Positions 24,566 through 36,252 of a DNA stretch of 64,000 bases are shown here, one piece after another. The notes beneath the pieces were generated by a model that saw only the letters and a program-made list of their open reading frames with translations, was not told where the DNA came from and did not search any database. Origin of the DNA: a cyanobacterium endosymbiont of Rhopalodia gibba (GTDB lineage Bacteria; Cyanobacteriota; Cyanobacteriia; Cyanobacteriales; Microcystaceae); the NCBI GenBank assembly GCA_045159875.1, contig CP067995.1:2048001-2112000 (forward strand), read 5' to 3'. The position numbers and the translations under genes are program-made. Numbering within the stretch: position 1 is the first letter of the stretch; each line of letters opens with the position of its first letter.

Positions 24566-25243
24566 ATGACTTTTATTTTGACCAATGATGATGGGATAGA
24601 TTCCCCTGGAATTCGTGCATTACACAATGCCCTAGGAGGACAAGGGGTTATTGTCGCTCCTAAAGAACAACACTCAGGCTGTGGTCATCGCGTCACGACT
24701 AATAAACCTATTCATCTCAAAAAGCGGTCTGACAGTGAATATGTTGTAGATGGAACCCCTGCAGACTGTACTCGTCTAGCTTTAACTCAAGTGGCTAAAG
24801 AAACAAAATGGGTGCTGTCAGGGATCAATGCCGGAGGAAATCTAGGAGTGGATATCTACATTTCAGGGACGGTAGCTGCTGTTAGAGAAGCAGCTATACA
24901 TGGAGTTCCAGGCGTTGCCATTTCCCATTGGATTAAGCGCCCTTTAGTCATCGATTGGGACCTAGCAACAAAATGGACAGCTAAAGTATTAGAGAAGCTA
25001 TGGAGTTATCCTTTGTCTTCTGGAAGTTTTTGGAATGTCAATTTGCCTCATTTAGAGCTCGGTTCCCCAGAACCAGAAATTGTATTTTGTGAAAGGAGCA
25101 CCCATCCCTTACCGGTGAACTATTGGGCTCAAGGAGAGTTTTATTATTATCAAGGGGAATATGCTAAACGACAGCGATCACAAGGAACAGATGTAGATAT
25201 TTGTTTTTCTGGCAATATTACAGTAACACTGATTAACATTTAG
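24566..25243 (+). CDS. surE: 5'/3'-nucleotidase SurE
   Basis: LTNDDGIDSPG, GTPADC, SGINAGGNLG..YISGTV. Confidence 0.95.
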   Translation: MTFILTNDDGIDSPGIRALHNALGGQGVIVAPKEQHSGCGHRVTTNKPIHLKKRSDSEYVVDGTPADCTRLALTQVAKETKWVLSGINAGGNLGVDIYISGTVAAVREAAIHGVPGVAISHWIKRPLVIDWDLATKWTAKVLEKLWSYPLSSGSFWNVNLPHLELGSPEPEIVFCERSTHPLPVNYWAQGEFYYYQGEYAKRQRSQGTDVDICFSGNITVTLINI

Positions 25244-26446
25244 TAAAAACTACCAGTGTTATCAACAATTAATTTTAAGAGCAACTGTTGCAAAAAACAC
25301 TTTATCATATCAGCATTATTAATGTTATCAATTTTTTCTGATTTTTCTGACTGCTTGGATGCAAGTAATATTTAGAATTTTAACTAATAATTACAGGCTG
25401 TTAGTCATTGCTTATTTCATCTTTTTAAGTTTCATCTTAGAAAAGATAAATTACTGAAGAATTACTATTGACTATGGAAATTTTGTTTGGATAAATAGGT
25501 AATCTACTAAGATTAGCCGTAGTGATTGTGAGATTATTGTTGGTAACAAACAATAGATTTGTAGCCGTAATAGTGGTAGCTGTGAGGTTCATTCTCTTAT
25601 CCATTATGTTACGTCACAGCTTACACCCAAAAACTAGTGATATGAGTAGTTATTACATCAAAAATATTAGAAAAATTAATTACTGGCAGTGTAGTCTTAG
25701 TAGTTCTTATTGATCAATCAAGAATACCTGCCAAACATTATTTATTAATTAAATCATTCTTGATTTGATGATGGTGGAGGCGTTTTATCTTTAGGCTATT
25801 ATTGTAGTTTTTTTGTATTTTTATATTGCTATCTATTAACTAATAAAAAGAAGTCTCAATCAAAAAACTTTATTTTAACAATTTTTATGACTTATATTAC
25901 TGCCGTTACTATTATTAGTATTGGTATTAAAGACTATTTTTTTGACTATATTTCCTAGACATATATACATTTTTAGAGTTAGAAACTACTAGAGCAGCAG
26001 TATATAATAATCTATTAAGTTTAGTTACTTTAAAAGAAGTTTTAATGGAATATGACGAGTTATAGCTATAGTAATTTTTATCTGTTTCAATAGTCTTTTG
26101 TTAGTCTTATATTTTAAACATTAGAGAGTGATTACTTCATGTTAGTTACATTAGGAAATCCAACCAGATAATAAATTAAATTTTGATGAGTTAGTATAAT
26201 AACTTTTATTTAATGTTTCTTTGTTTACATTTCAAAAATTGTTTTTATTATTATTCATATTTTAAAACTGATTGATAAAAAATTAGACCTAGATTTAGGT
26301 TACATGAGCTAATCATAACAGCTAATTTATAGAACTAATTTTTTTAACTTATTTTATCTTATTTAAGTCGTGGAGAAATCACTTTTATTCTATTTAAAAT
26401 ATTGCTCCTGATTTTAATTATTATTTTGTCTTAATTGGTTCATTTT

Positions 26447-26500
26447 TTATTCTCTTTAAATTGTTTATAGTTTTAACTATAAACAATTTAAAGAGAATAA
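26447..26500. repeat. Perfect inverted repeat, 26-bp arms, 2-nt centre
   Basis: ttattctctttaaattgtttatagtt-tt-aactataaacaatttaaagagaataa. Confidence 0.97.
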
Positions 26501-27457
26501 GGAACATTCTATATATAGAAATTATATCTATTCTAGAACGCACCAGCATATTAGGTTTTAAAAACTAATAGTTTCATCACTTTAAAGTTTGTAAAAATTT
26601 TGTCAGTATCATACAGGCAATTGGCACAAAACTTGGGATATAAATATCTCTTTAAAAGAAATAATTTAAAACATTAAAAGTTTTTAAGACAAGAAAAATA
26701 TTGAAATTTTTAAAAAGTGAAATAAAAAAATGACTTAGATGACGAATTACTATATTTTTTAAATACTTAAAAATTATAGTGAAAGTTTATAATAATCATT
26801 AATTAAATCAGGCTATTTGAAAGATTTGAACAGGAATAGCAAAAAATACTAGACTATGTTGTGTCTTTTTCAATAGCTACTTTACAAAAATGATTATAAA
26901 ATTTAGCAGAGTATTATTTGTCTTTGCATTTTAATATTGGCTAATTGACTCTAATATTTTAGAACGTGTTTAGAACGTGAAATCAGGTTTTTATTTTTCT
27001 AAGTTAACTAATTTTTCTCTCAAAGTATTTACTGATAATTATTTAAGTTTCTATTTATTAAAACCACAAGTAAAAAAAATATTATCAATAATAAATCTAA
27101 TAAATATTAAGTTTTATCCTCAAAGAATTTACTACCTACATAAAAGATAGATATTAATAGTTTAAGTGTTAAAGAACTTAAAAAAAATAACTGGTTCATA
27201 TTTAAGAAGTTTCACTGCAATAAAATAATGGATTTTCTATTTACTACCTATAAATTGCTCAATATACACAAAACTTTTAGACTTAATTATTTATTGTTTC
27301 ACTTGAACTTTAAATAATTAGAAGATTATGTTTATATTTATAATACATTTTATACAGTAAAAATTTTTATAAAGTGGATAGAATAAAAAATAACCAAAAA
27401 ATACTGCATTTATTAATTTTTTTATATAAAGAGGTGGGCAATGCCCACCATACAAAA

Positions 27458-28888
27458 TTAAATTCCTGAATCAGCCCGTTTAAATGCTTCATCAATAACT
27501 TCCGATAAAGTAGGATGAGTATGAATATTAAACGCCAAGTTTTGTACAGACTGATGTTGAGCAATTGCATTGGCTGCTTCTTGAATTAAATCTGAGGCAT
27601 GAATCCCAATAATGTGGACTCCCAATACCTCCCCTGTACCCTGATGATAAATTACTTTAGCAATACCATCGGTTTCCCCTTCTGCTAAGGCTTTAGAATT
27701 ACTCTTAAAATGAGTTTTAACCGAGGCTATTGTAAATCCTTCTTTTTCCCCTAATTCTCTCGCTGCGGGTTCAGTTAACCCAACATAACTAATTTCGGGA
27801 TGGGTAAAAGCAGCAGCCGGAATGCTACGATAATTAATCGTTCTATCTCGTCCACAAATATTTTCTACTGCGATCACTCCTTGTCCTGAAGCAGCATGGG
27901 CTAACATCATTTTGCCTGTTGCATCTCCCACAGCCCACAAGTGAGGGACAATTTTCCCGTCTGATAAGACTTCTAAGCGATCATTAACGGAAATAAATCC
28001 TCCTTGAGTTTCAATACCAATGTTTTCCAATCCCAAGTTTTTCGTTGCAGGAATACGTCCAGTTGCTACTAAACAAGCATCTACTTCTAGGAAATCTACA
28101 ACTTCTTTTGTCTTTGCATCAGTTAATTCAATGGTAACAGGAGAACCTGGGATAACTTTGGTAGCAAATACACCAGAATATGTTTCGATATCACGAGGTT
28201 TAATTAATACCCGTTCAGCAATTTTTGAAATTTCTGGATCAAAGCCTGGCATCAGATTATCTAATGCTTCAATCATCGTTACTTCACATCCAAGGGCTGT
28301 ATAGATATCTGAAAATTCTAACCCAATATAACCACTACCAATAATTGCTATCCACTCGGGCAAAATTTCTAATTTAACTGCCTCATCACTGGTGAAAACA
28401 GTTTTATGGTCAATTTCAATACCATGAGGGATAAAAGGAACTGACCCAGGACACAATATAATATCTTTTGCAGTGATAAATTTTTCCTCGTCATTAGTTA
28501 ACACACTAATTCTTTGGTTGTCAATGATTTTTCCCCATCCTTTGATGGTGTCAACTTTAAGACGTTTTAAACTTTTGGTAAGATCACCCCGAATTTTATT
28601 AACTAAATTGGTAGCATGATCCGCGATCGCTTCTCGTTGAAAACCCACTCCATTGACTTGAATTCCTAAACTATTAAGGTGATGAGTATTTTGTAATTCT
28701 CTTACCCTTCCTGATGCAGCTAGGAGGGCTTTAGATGGAATACACCCTCGATTAACACAGGTTCCTCCCATGTCTTTTGCTTCAATGATAGCGGTTTTTA
28801 GTCCACAATTAACGGCATGAATAGCTGCCCCATGACCTCCGACTCCTGCGCCAATAATAACTAGATCATAATCAAACCGAGCACTCAT
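27458..28888 (-). CDS. lpdA: Dihydrolipoyl dehydrogenase
   Basis: [33 protein letters not shown]. Confidence 0.97.
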   Translation of the reverse strand: MSARFDYDLVIIGAGVGGHGAAIHAVNCGLKTAIIEAKDMGGTCVNRGCIPSKALLAASGRVRELQNTHHLNSLGIQVNGVGFQREAIADHATNLVNKIRGDLTKSLKRLKVDTIKGWGKIIDNQRISVLTNDEEKFITAKDIILCPGSVPFIPHGIEIDHKTVFTSDEAVKLEILPEWIAIIGSGYIGLEFSDIYTALGCEVTMIEALDNLMPGFDPEISKIAERVLIKPRDIETYSGVFATKVIPGSPVTIELTDAKTKEVVDFLEVDACLVATGRIPATKNLGLENIGIETQGGFISVNDRLEVLSDGKIVPHLWAVGDATGKMMLAHAASGQGVIAVENICGRDRTINYRSIPAAAFTHPEISYVGLTEPAARELGEKEGFTIASVKTHFKSNSKALAEGETDGIAKVIYHQGTGEVLGVHIIGIHASDLIQEAANAIAQHQSVQNLAFNIHTHPTLSEVIDEAFKRADSGI

Positions 28889-29329
28889 ATACGTTCTTCC
28901 TGAAATACTATTAATTTTTAGTCTAGAGTAGTTCGGGTAGGAGTGACACGAATATAATTATTTGACTTTTGGAACTAAGTTTTAAAAAATGTAGAAGTTT
29001 GACTAAAGTTAATAGTACTTTTGATAATTAATCAAACAATTTTAATCAGTTTTTTACCATCATCAATATATCTTTTTCAAAAAAAATAATTATATTTAAT
29101 TAATTAGGATAAAAAATGTCAACTCCAAAAGTGAAATTTTAGTAAGTCTTCACAAATAAAACCTTGAATAAGGCATTTTAGATGAACTAAGGTTTCTTCA
29201 AAACTTACTTTCTAAACAATGTTTGAAAGCAAGGAATAAAGTTAATCTTTAAGACACTAAAGGCACTGTTAGTTATATGCAAAATTTTTTGAACAATAAG
29301 CACTCTAATAAAGTAGATTTACTTTCCAG

Positions 29330-29363
29330 AATCAATGCTTTAGTTATAACTAAAGCATTGATT
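29330..29363. repeat. Perfect 34-bp palindrome, no loop
   Basis: aatcaatgctttagtta|taactaaagcattgatt. Confidence 0.96.
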
Positions 29364-29720
29364 TTATCGCTTATTTAATTTTGAAAAATCAATAATTAGC
29401 TCTGGAACTTTCAGTTTCAAACTTAGCATTTAACTTGATAAATATAATTAATTTAAAAAGTCAAAATCTATGTTAGCCTATATAGAAGTATCTTCCTGTT
29501 TTGTTCTTACTTGTTTTTTTATGTTTCAATCAAGTTGGTTAATATGGAGGAGCATCTAAAATACTTCAGAAAAAGTAAGGATAATATATGATATTTTGTG
29601 TAATACCTGTAAATATTTTACTAGCAATTATTGTCTAAATTATCCAATAAATCCATCAAGAGCCAGCATAGAAGAAAGCATCAATTGTATTAATTATAGT
29701 TCAGTCTCAAGTATTGATTT

Positions 29721-30557
29721 ATGAAAATAGGAATTATTGGACTGGGTTTAATTGGGGGATCGTTAGGGTTAGATCTACGAGAGCACGGCCATACTATCCT
29801 AGGAGTTTCCCGTAAAGAAAACACCTGTAAACGGGCCATAGAACGCGGAGTAGTTGATGAAGCTAGTCTTGATTTACAATCATTAAGTGATGCAGATATC
29901 ATTTTTATTTGTACTCCCATCGGATTAATTATTCCTACGTTAGAACAGTTAATTTCTCATTTAAAAGCAAAAACAATTGTTACTGATGTGGGTTCAGTTA
30001 AAACGTCAATTGTAGAACAAGGTTCTAGGTTGTGGGATAAATTTATTGGAGGACATCCTATGGCTGGAACTGCAGAACAGGGAATAGACGCAGCACAAAA
30101 AAAACTATTTAAGAATGCTCCCTATGTTATTACACCAACTCAAAATAATCTCTCTAAAGACGTTGAGATACTTGAAACAATAGCGAATGAATTAGGAGCT
30201 AAGGTTTATATTTGTACCTCAGAAAATCATGATTGTGCAGTTGCTTGGATCTCCCATTTACCAGTTATGATTAGTGCTAGTTTAATTAGTGCTTGTTTAG
30301 CAGAAAAAGAAGATTCTATTTTGAAATTAGCTCAAAATTTAGCTAGTTCAGGATTTAGGGACACCAGTAGGGTCGGTGGAGGAAACCCTGAATTGGGAGT
30401 AATGATGGCAGAATATAATCAAAAAGCATTGTTGCAATCACTCTCAGAATATCGTCAACAATTAGACCAAATCATTAGTTTGATTGAGGATAAAAATTGG
30501 CAAAAGTTAAGGCTAATTCTAAAAAAAACTAAGCAAAAAAGAAATAATTTTTTGTGA
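29721..30557 (+). CDS. tyrA: Prephenate/arogenate dehydrogenase
   Basis: GLGLIGGS, TDVGSVK, GGHPMAG, ISHLP, GFRDTSRVGGGNPELG. Confidence 0.95.
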   Translation: MKIGIIGLGLIGGSLGLDLREHGHTILGVSRKENTCKRAIERGVVDEASLDLQSLSDADIIFICTPIGLIIPTLEQLISHLKAKTIVTDVGSVKTSIVEQGSRLWDKFIGGHPMAGTAEQGIDAAQKKLFKNAPYVITPTQNNLSKDVEILETIANELGAKVYICTSENHDCAVAWISHLPVMISASLISACLAEKEDSILKLAQNLASSGFRDTSRVGGGNPELGVMMAEYNQKALLQSLSEYRQQLDQIISLIEDKNWQKLRLILKKTKQKRNNFL

Positions 30558-30898
30558 TTAAAATAGCATAAAATTACCTTTAGTATGATAAAAAAATTGA
30601 ATTTAGTTGTTTACTTTCTAAATGAATACTTACCTAATTTGAAAAAAGCTAAATATTCATTTATTAAAATTGCTAAATATTGTTAAGCGATAGAACTCTA
30701 TCTAAGTTTAATATTTATTTTTAAGTGAAGATTAATGACAATTATAGCGCTCAAACTGATTAATAATTATGGTATTCTACAACAAATTACACAGCAAAGT
30801 AGTTTCGTAAAAAAAATCGGAGATCTTTCAAAGAAACCTGTACAGTAGATCAAAATGATTTTTGCCGATACCATACCATAGCTGATATAAAGATTCGG

Positions 30899-32290
30899 AT
30901 GAGTACACTAACTTCGACATTACCTCTACTTGACTTAGTCTCTAAGCTACCCCTGTTGACCACAGTAACCCAAGACGAGGCTGACGGCGCATTAGTTTTA
31001 GCCAGTGTCCTTTTGAGTTTAGTGGTTGTTTATTTTGCCAGTAAACTCGGAGGAGAGCTCTGTTTTCGGATTAATCTTCCCCCCGTGTTAGGGGAGCTAG
31101 TTGGAGGTGTCGCTGTCGGAGTTTCAGCCCTAGGGTTATTAGTCTTTCCTGAAGGAGGGGCAACTGCCGACGATTCAGCCCTCATGCAATTTTTGCAACT
31201 GACTGCAGATTTAACCCCCGAAGGTATACAAGCCATATTTTCAGCTCAAGGAGAATTTATTTCTGTCTTGTCGGAATTAGGGGTCATAATTCTATTATTT
31301 GAAATTGGCTTAGAATCTAATCTGAAAGAATTAATTCGTGTTGGACCCCAAGCAGTGATTATTGCTATTAGCGGTGTTGTTACTCCTTTTATTCTGGGGA
31401 CATTAGGTTTAGTCTATTTATTCAACATTCCCGTGATTCCTTCTGTGTTTGCAGGAGCTGCTTTAACTGCTACTAGTATTGGGATTACTGCCAAGGTGTT
31501 GGCCGAAATTGGTCGTTTAAATTCTTCAGAAGGACAAATCATTATTGGGGCGGCTGTTTTAGACGACATCCTAGGAATTATTATTCTGGCAGTTGTGAGT
31601 AGTTTAGTTAAAACTGGTGAGATTCAAGTAGTCAATCTTGTTTATCTTGTTATTAGTGCTGCAGCCTTTTTAATTGGTGCGATTCTAATTGGCCGACTGT
31701 TAAGTCCTCTTTACGTTAAATTAGTTAATGAGATGAAGACTAGAGGACAACTTCTACTGATTTCTTTAAGTTTTGCTTTTGTTTTATCTTACATTGCTCA
31801 GGTGATTCAATTAGAAGCGATTCTTGGTTCTTTTACAGCTGGTTTGATTCTTGCAGAAACTGAGAAACGAAAAGAACTTGAAGAACAAATTGTCGCTGTC
31901 TCTGATATTTTTGTCCCGATTTTCTTTGTCTGTGTAGGAGCAAAAACAAATTTAAGTGTCTTAAATCCAACAATTCCCAGTAACCGAGAAGGGTTAATTA
32001 TCGCAGCTTTCCTAGTTACTGTGGCGATCATTGGTAAAGTGGTTACTGGATTTACCATTTTTGGGCAACCTCACCTCAATAAACTTGCCATTGGCGTTGG
32101 CATGATTCCGCGAGGCGAGGTAGGATTAGTGTTTGCTGGAGTGGGAGCTGCCAGTGGGGCTTTAACCCAGTCTACCGAAGCAGCCATTATTATGATGGTT
32201 ATTCTGACAACTTTTATTGCTCCCCCTTGGTTACGAATTGTCTTTAAAGAGCTAGTTCCTACGACCCAGGAAAAAGAACCCAGTTCTTAA
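30899..32290 (+). CDS. nhaS3: CPA2-family Na+/H+ antiporter (NhaS3-like)
   Basis: LLFEIGLES, ATSIGITA, AAVLDDILG, GMIPRGEVGL; multiple TM segments. Confidence 0.88.
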   Translation: MSTLTSTLPLLDLVSKLPLLTTVTQDEADGALVLASVLLSLVVVYFASKLGGELCFRINLPPVLGELVGGVAVGVSALGLLVFPEGGATADDSALMQFLQLTADLTPEGIQAIFSAQGEFISVLSELGVIILLFEIGLESNLKELIRVGPQAVIIAISGVVTPFILGTLGLVYLFNIPVIPSVFAGAALTATSIGITAKVLAEIGRLNSSEGQIIIGAAVLDDILGIIILAVVSSLVKTGEIQVVNLVYLVISAAAFLIGAILIGRLLSPLYVKLVNEMKTRGQLLLISLSFAFVLSYIAQVIQLEAILGSFTAGLILAETEKRKELEEQIVAVSDIFVPIFFVCVGAKTNLSVLNPTIPSNREGLIIAAFLVTVAIIGKVVTGFTIFGQPHLNKLAIGVGMIPRGEVGLVFAGVGAASGALTQSTEAAIIMMVILTTFIAPPWLRIVFKELVPTTQEKEPSS

Positions 32291-32686
32291 CAAGAACTAT
32301 CAAGATTTGTTGACAACAGGCTAGAGTTATCCGAAACCTGAATAAGAGGGTTTTCGTCTTTTGGTTTTAGTGGAGCAGGCCTTTATAACAATAAATAGCA
32401 CTTTTGATCATTAATGGGACAGCTTAAACGGTTAACTGAAGGAAGTGGAAAAAATCTCCTTTCTTGGTTACCAAAATTTATATAGTGTGTGTCGTCGGTA
32501 TTAACAAATTAAGTAAGGTAAGGTTAAACAGCTAAAACTTTTACTTAATGAGTTGTTCAATAGTTATTCAATTTTATCAAATACCTTTTGCCGACGTGCA
32601 GTACCAACCCCCAAACTCAACGAGAGAATCGCTATAATCTCTTAAACCTGTCCAACAGCCACCTTTGTGTCACAGGAGCAATCATT

Positions 32687-34522
32687 GTGAGATTTCACTG
32701 GCTATTACTGAGTATCAGTATCTTAAGTCCATTACTGTTCACCCTCCCAGCACAAGCAGGAAGGCTTTTATATTGGCGTTTTGAGTCAAACGATAATCGC
32801 TTAGTTTTTACCACTGACTCTCAAGTTCAACCTAGAGCCCAATTGATTCCTAATCCAACCCGTGTTGTCCTTGACTTACCTGGAATTATTTTGGAGCGTC
32901 CTAGTGTTAATCAAGCAATTGGAGGAACGATTAAAAGTGTTCGAATAGGACAGTTCAATGCTCAAACCACCCGATTGGTGATCGAACTAGCCCCAGGATA
33001 TACTCTCGATCCTCAGAAAGTTACAGTTAAAGGGATTTCTCCTACTCAATGGACTGTAGACCTTCCCACTCCCCAACGAATTGCTCGTCCATCAACCTCT
33101 CCTTCTTTACCTCCGCGCTCTACCCCTGCGCCTCTTCGTCCCCTCTCTAGACCCCCGGTTCGAACTTCTAATGACTTTCAAGTGACCCGTAGTGGTCTTT
33201 TTATTAAATTAGAACGCAACGGAAGTAACAGTCAAATTCAGGTAAACCGTAGTGACGACGAAAAAACTATTGAGTTTATTTTGCCAGAGGCATCCCTTCC
33301 CCAGTCACTGCTTAACCAAACCCAATCAGTAAATAAGTATGGGGTCAGTGAGATTCGATTTGAGCAAACCCGAATTTCACCACCAGAAGCTCGCATTACG
33401 ATGCAGGTAGCTAAAGATAGCCCTAACTGGCAAGGCTATTATTCCAGGTTAGGAGGAGTAGTTCTCCTGCCAAAAGGAGGTATTTCTCAAGTTAGAGATT
33501 TAACTTTCCCTGAGCTATCGGCTAACAATAATTCTAGTAATTCGGTTTCCCAAAACCAACTACCGACCATTTCTGCCATTCAACTAAGTAACAATAATAC
33601 TCAACTGTTAATTCAGTCTAATCAACCTATTAGAGGGCGTGGCAATTTTGACCGACGGACAGGAGTGTACACCATTAACATTCCCAATACTCAACTAGCT
33701 GAACCGGTAGTAGGCCCGCAATTAGGGAAAAATAGTCCTATTTACGAGTTGAAAGTTCGTCAACTCAAACCTGAATCGGTAGAAATTTTAGTAAAACCGT
33801 CTTTAGGGATTCGCTTTGGTCGGCTTACTCAGCCCAATCAACAGGTCTTAGCTTTAGATGTTCATTCTGTACGAAATTTGACTATTAGTCCTGATCCTAA
33901 GCCGATTGACATTCTCCCTCCGGTAAATGCCTCTCCAATTCCTTCTGAGCCTCCTAACTCCTCTTCTAGAGCTCCTAAGGGACGGGTACTTGTCATTATT
34001 GATCCCGGACATGGTGGTAAAGATCCAGGAGCAGTAGGACTCAGAGGATTACAGGAAAAAAATGTTATTCTTCCTATTTCTTTAGATGTTTCTCGCTTAT
34101 TACAAGAACAGGGAGTTCAAGTTGAGTTGACACGCAGCGCAGATTATTTTGTCAGTTTACGAGGACGGGCTGATTTGGCTAATAGAGTGGGAGCCGATAT
34201 TTTTGTGAGTATCCATGCCAATGCGGTTGGGGGGAGTCGTTCTCACATCAATGGGATGGAAGTTTTTTATTATGGACATCCAGATTTATCAGAAGCTATC
34301 CACCGCAGTATTGTCCGTAGCATTGATGTAGATGATCGTGGGGTGAAAAAAGGACGGTTCTATGTCCTGAGAAAGTCAGGGATGCCGGCTTCTTTGGTGG
34401 AAGTTGGCTTTGTCACGGGGACTGAAGACAATCGTAAATTGAGTGATCCGGCTTATCGTCTTAAAATGGCTCAGGCGATCGCCAAAGGAATTTTGGATTA
34501 TATTCAACAAAAAAAACTTTAA
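32687..34522 (+). CDS. amiC: N-acetylmuramoyl-L-alanine amidase with AMIN domains
   Basis: PTRVVLDLPG AMIN repeats; IDPGHGGKDPGA, SIHAN, LVEVGF; probable GTG start 32687 with aggag upstream. Confidence 0.93.
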   Translation: MRFHWLLLSISILSPLLFTLPAQAGRLLYWRFESNDNRLVFTTDSQVQPRAQLIPNPTRVVLDLPGIILERPSVNQAIGGTIKSVRIGQFNAQTTRLVIELAPGYTLDPQKVTVKGISPTQWTVDLPTPQRIARPSTSPSLPPRSTPAPLRPLSRPPVRTSNDFQVTRSGLFIKLERNGSNSQIQVNRSDDEKTIEFILPEASLPQSLLNQTQSVNKYGVSEIRFEQTRISPPEARITMQVAKDSPNWQGYYSRLGGVVLLPKGGISQVRDLTFPELSANNNSSNSVSQNQLPTISAIQLSNNNTQLLIQSNQPIRGRGNFDRRTGVYTINIPNTQLAEPVVGPQLGKNSPIYELKVRQLKPESVEILVKPSLGIRFGRLTQPNQQVLALDVHSVRNLTISPDPKPIDILPPVNASPIPSEPPNSSSRAPKGRVLVIIDPGHGGKDPGAVGLRGLQEKNVILPISLDVSRLLQEQGVQVELTRSADYFVSLRGRADLANRVGADIFVSIHANAVGGSRSHINGMEVFYYGHPDLSEAIHRSIVRSIDVDDRGVKKGRFYVLRKSGMPASLVEVGFVTGTEDNRKLSDPAYRLKMAQAIAKGILDYIQQKKL

Positions 34523-34613
34523 AATATATTTATCTTCCCAAGATATATTTACTTCTCTGAAGATTCTGTGTTTCAATTATGAACAACTTAAAGTGTGGTG
34601 TGTTAAATTGTTT

Positions 34614-35459
34614 ATGAACAACGTTCAAAACAGTCCCATTGGTGTCTTCGATAGTGGCGTGGGGGGACTGACCGTTTTGCGGGAACTTTACCAACAGTTG
34701 CCCCAAGAGTCGATTATTTATTTTGCAGACACGGCTCGTCTACCTTATGGAAATCGTTGTGAGGCGGAGATTTTACGGTTTGTTCGAGAAATTCTTGTCT
34801 GGATGAACCAACAGAAGGTCAAGATGGTAATTATGGCTTGTAATACCAGTTCAGCTTTAGCCTTAGAGACAGTTCGCAGCGAGTTCAATTTTCCCATTTT
34901 AGGGGTTATTTTGCCAGGAGCAAGAGCAGCAGTTAAACAAGGTCAACGCATTGGGGTTATTTCCACCCCAGCAACGGCAGAAAGTGGTGCTTATCGCCAA
35001 GCAATTCAAGAAATTAACCCTGATGCTCAAGTCTGGCAAGTAGGATGTCCTGAATTTGTCCCTCTAATTGAACAAAATCGAATTTATGACCCTTACACAA
35101 AACAAGTCGCCCTACGGTATGTGAGTCCGTTACTAGCCCGTAACATTGATACTCTAATCTACGGGTGTACCCATTATCGTCATCTTGCTCCCATCTTTCA
35201 TGAGATTATCCCCTCAACTGTCAACCTCATTGATCCTGCAAGTTTTGTGGTGCAAGCCGCTGAAAAAGAGTTGAAATTAATGGGATTATACCGAAATTAC
35301 ACTGCTCAACCTACTCGTTTTTATGTCAGTGGTTGTCCTAAAACTTTTTCGAAGGTTTCTCAACAATGGTTAGGCTATTGCCCAGTCGTTGAGTCAGTTT
35401 CTCTTCCAAAGATAGTAAGATCTTCCTGGGCTAGGGAAGAAACTGAAATTCTTGAATAG
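34614..35459 (+). CDS. murI: Glutamate racemase
   Basis: FDSGVGGLTV, PYG, ACNTSS, GCTHY; start at ATG 34614. Confidence 0.97.
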   Translation: MNNVQNSPIGVFDSGVGGLTVLRELYQQLPQESIIYFADTARLPYGNRCEAEILRFVREILVWMNQQKVKMVIMACNTSSALALETVRSEFNFPILGVILPGARAAVKQGQRIGVISTPATAESGAYRQAIQEINPDAQVWQVGCPEFVPLIEQNRIYDPYTKQVALRYVSPLLARNIDTLIYGCTHYRHLAPIFHEIIPSTVNLIDPASFVVQAAEKELKLMGLYRNYTAQPTRFYVSGCPKTFSKVSQQWLGYCPVVESVSLPKIVRSSWAREETEILE

Positions 35460-35582
35460 AAAAGGATTGGTTTGTAAGAGTACCCTTGATACAGTTACCA
35501 ATCCCGAAAGGATTAATCAATTCTTTTTGACTTGACATTTATCATATGATTGATTAATCATCGTTGATGATTATGGATTTGT

Positions 35583-35699
35583 TTATCCTAAATCACGGCG
35601 AGGGGGAAACATCGACTTTCCCGTCCACTTAGCAAGGATGAGTAATCCGTAAATCATTAATAAATAGAGGGCAGCGAGAAGCACAGTGATCACAGGCAT
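35583..35699 (-). CDS. Putative 38-aa single-pass membrane microprotein
   Basis: Manual translation MPVITVLLAALYLLMIYGLLILAKWTGKSMFPPRRDLG*; below the ORF-track cutoff. Confidence 0.5.
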   Translation of the reverse strand: MPVITVLLAALYLLMIYGLLILAKWTGKSMFPPRRDLG

Positions 35700-36252
35700 T
35701 TTTCGTTATTAGTCTTTCATTGCTAAGGTGTACATAGAAGTAAAGTTAATGACATAAATAGTCATGCCAAACTGCCTGAACATTCAGCGCCTTAAGGGTA
35801 CTACTGTTAAGCGATGGCAGGATAAAAACAAGTACTCTTCCTCAAAGCGGAGAGGACACTCGCTTTCAAGAATGAACAAGATTGAAGATCAGTTTAAGGC
35901 TAACCCCCCGATTGCTTAACAATCTTAAACCGAGCAATTCTGAGTCGACACGCCTGAGTAACTAGTTAGACAAGGAATCTAGCTAGCTCATATTGACCTG
36001 AACTTCCTCAGTTAAGGAGATACCTCTGAGGAGCTTGATAATTGAGAAGACGGAAAATCCTTAAAAACTCCTATTGTTAGGTTAACATAAGAAATTAAGT
36101 TAGGTCAGTTTTTTTAAGGGATTTTACCGAATTAGTTGAGGTATTTAGTCAAAAAAGTAGACAATTTCGTTTCCTTGTCTGGAAAGGTTAGCTTATTATG
36201 AATATAAGAATATGTAAATTTTCGTAACTGATGCACCAGGTTTGGCTAACCA

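Noticed and set aside
34443..34613. Long N-terminal extensions in the ORF track for murI (also mnmG, lepA, amiC)
   Set aside because: Artefacts of choosing the most upstream start; conserved N-termini begin at later codons.
35700..36060. IS200/IS605 omega-RNA or HEARO-like element
   Set aside because: No adjacent IscB/TnpB remnant and no recognisable motif.
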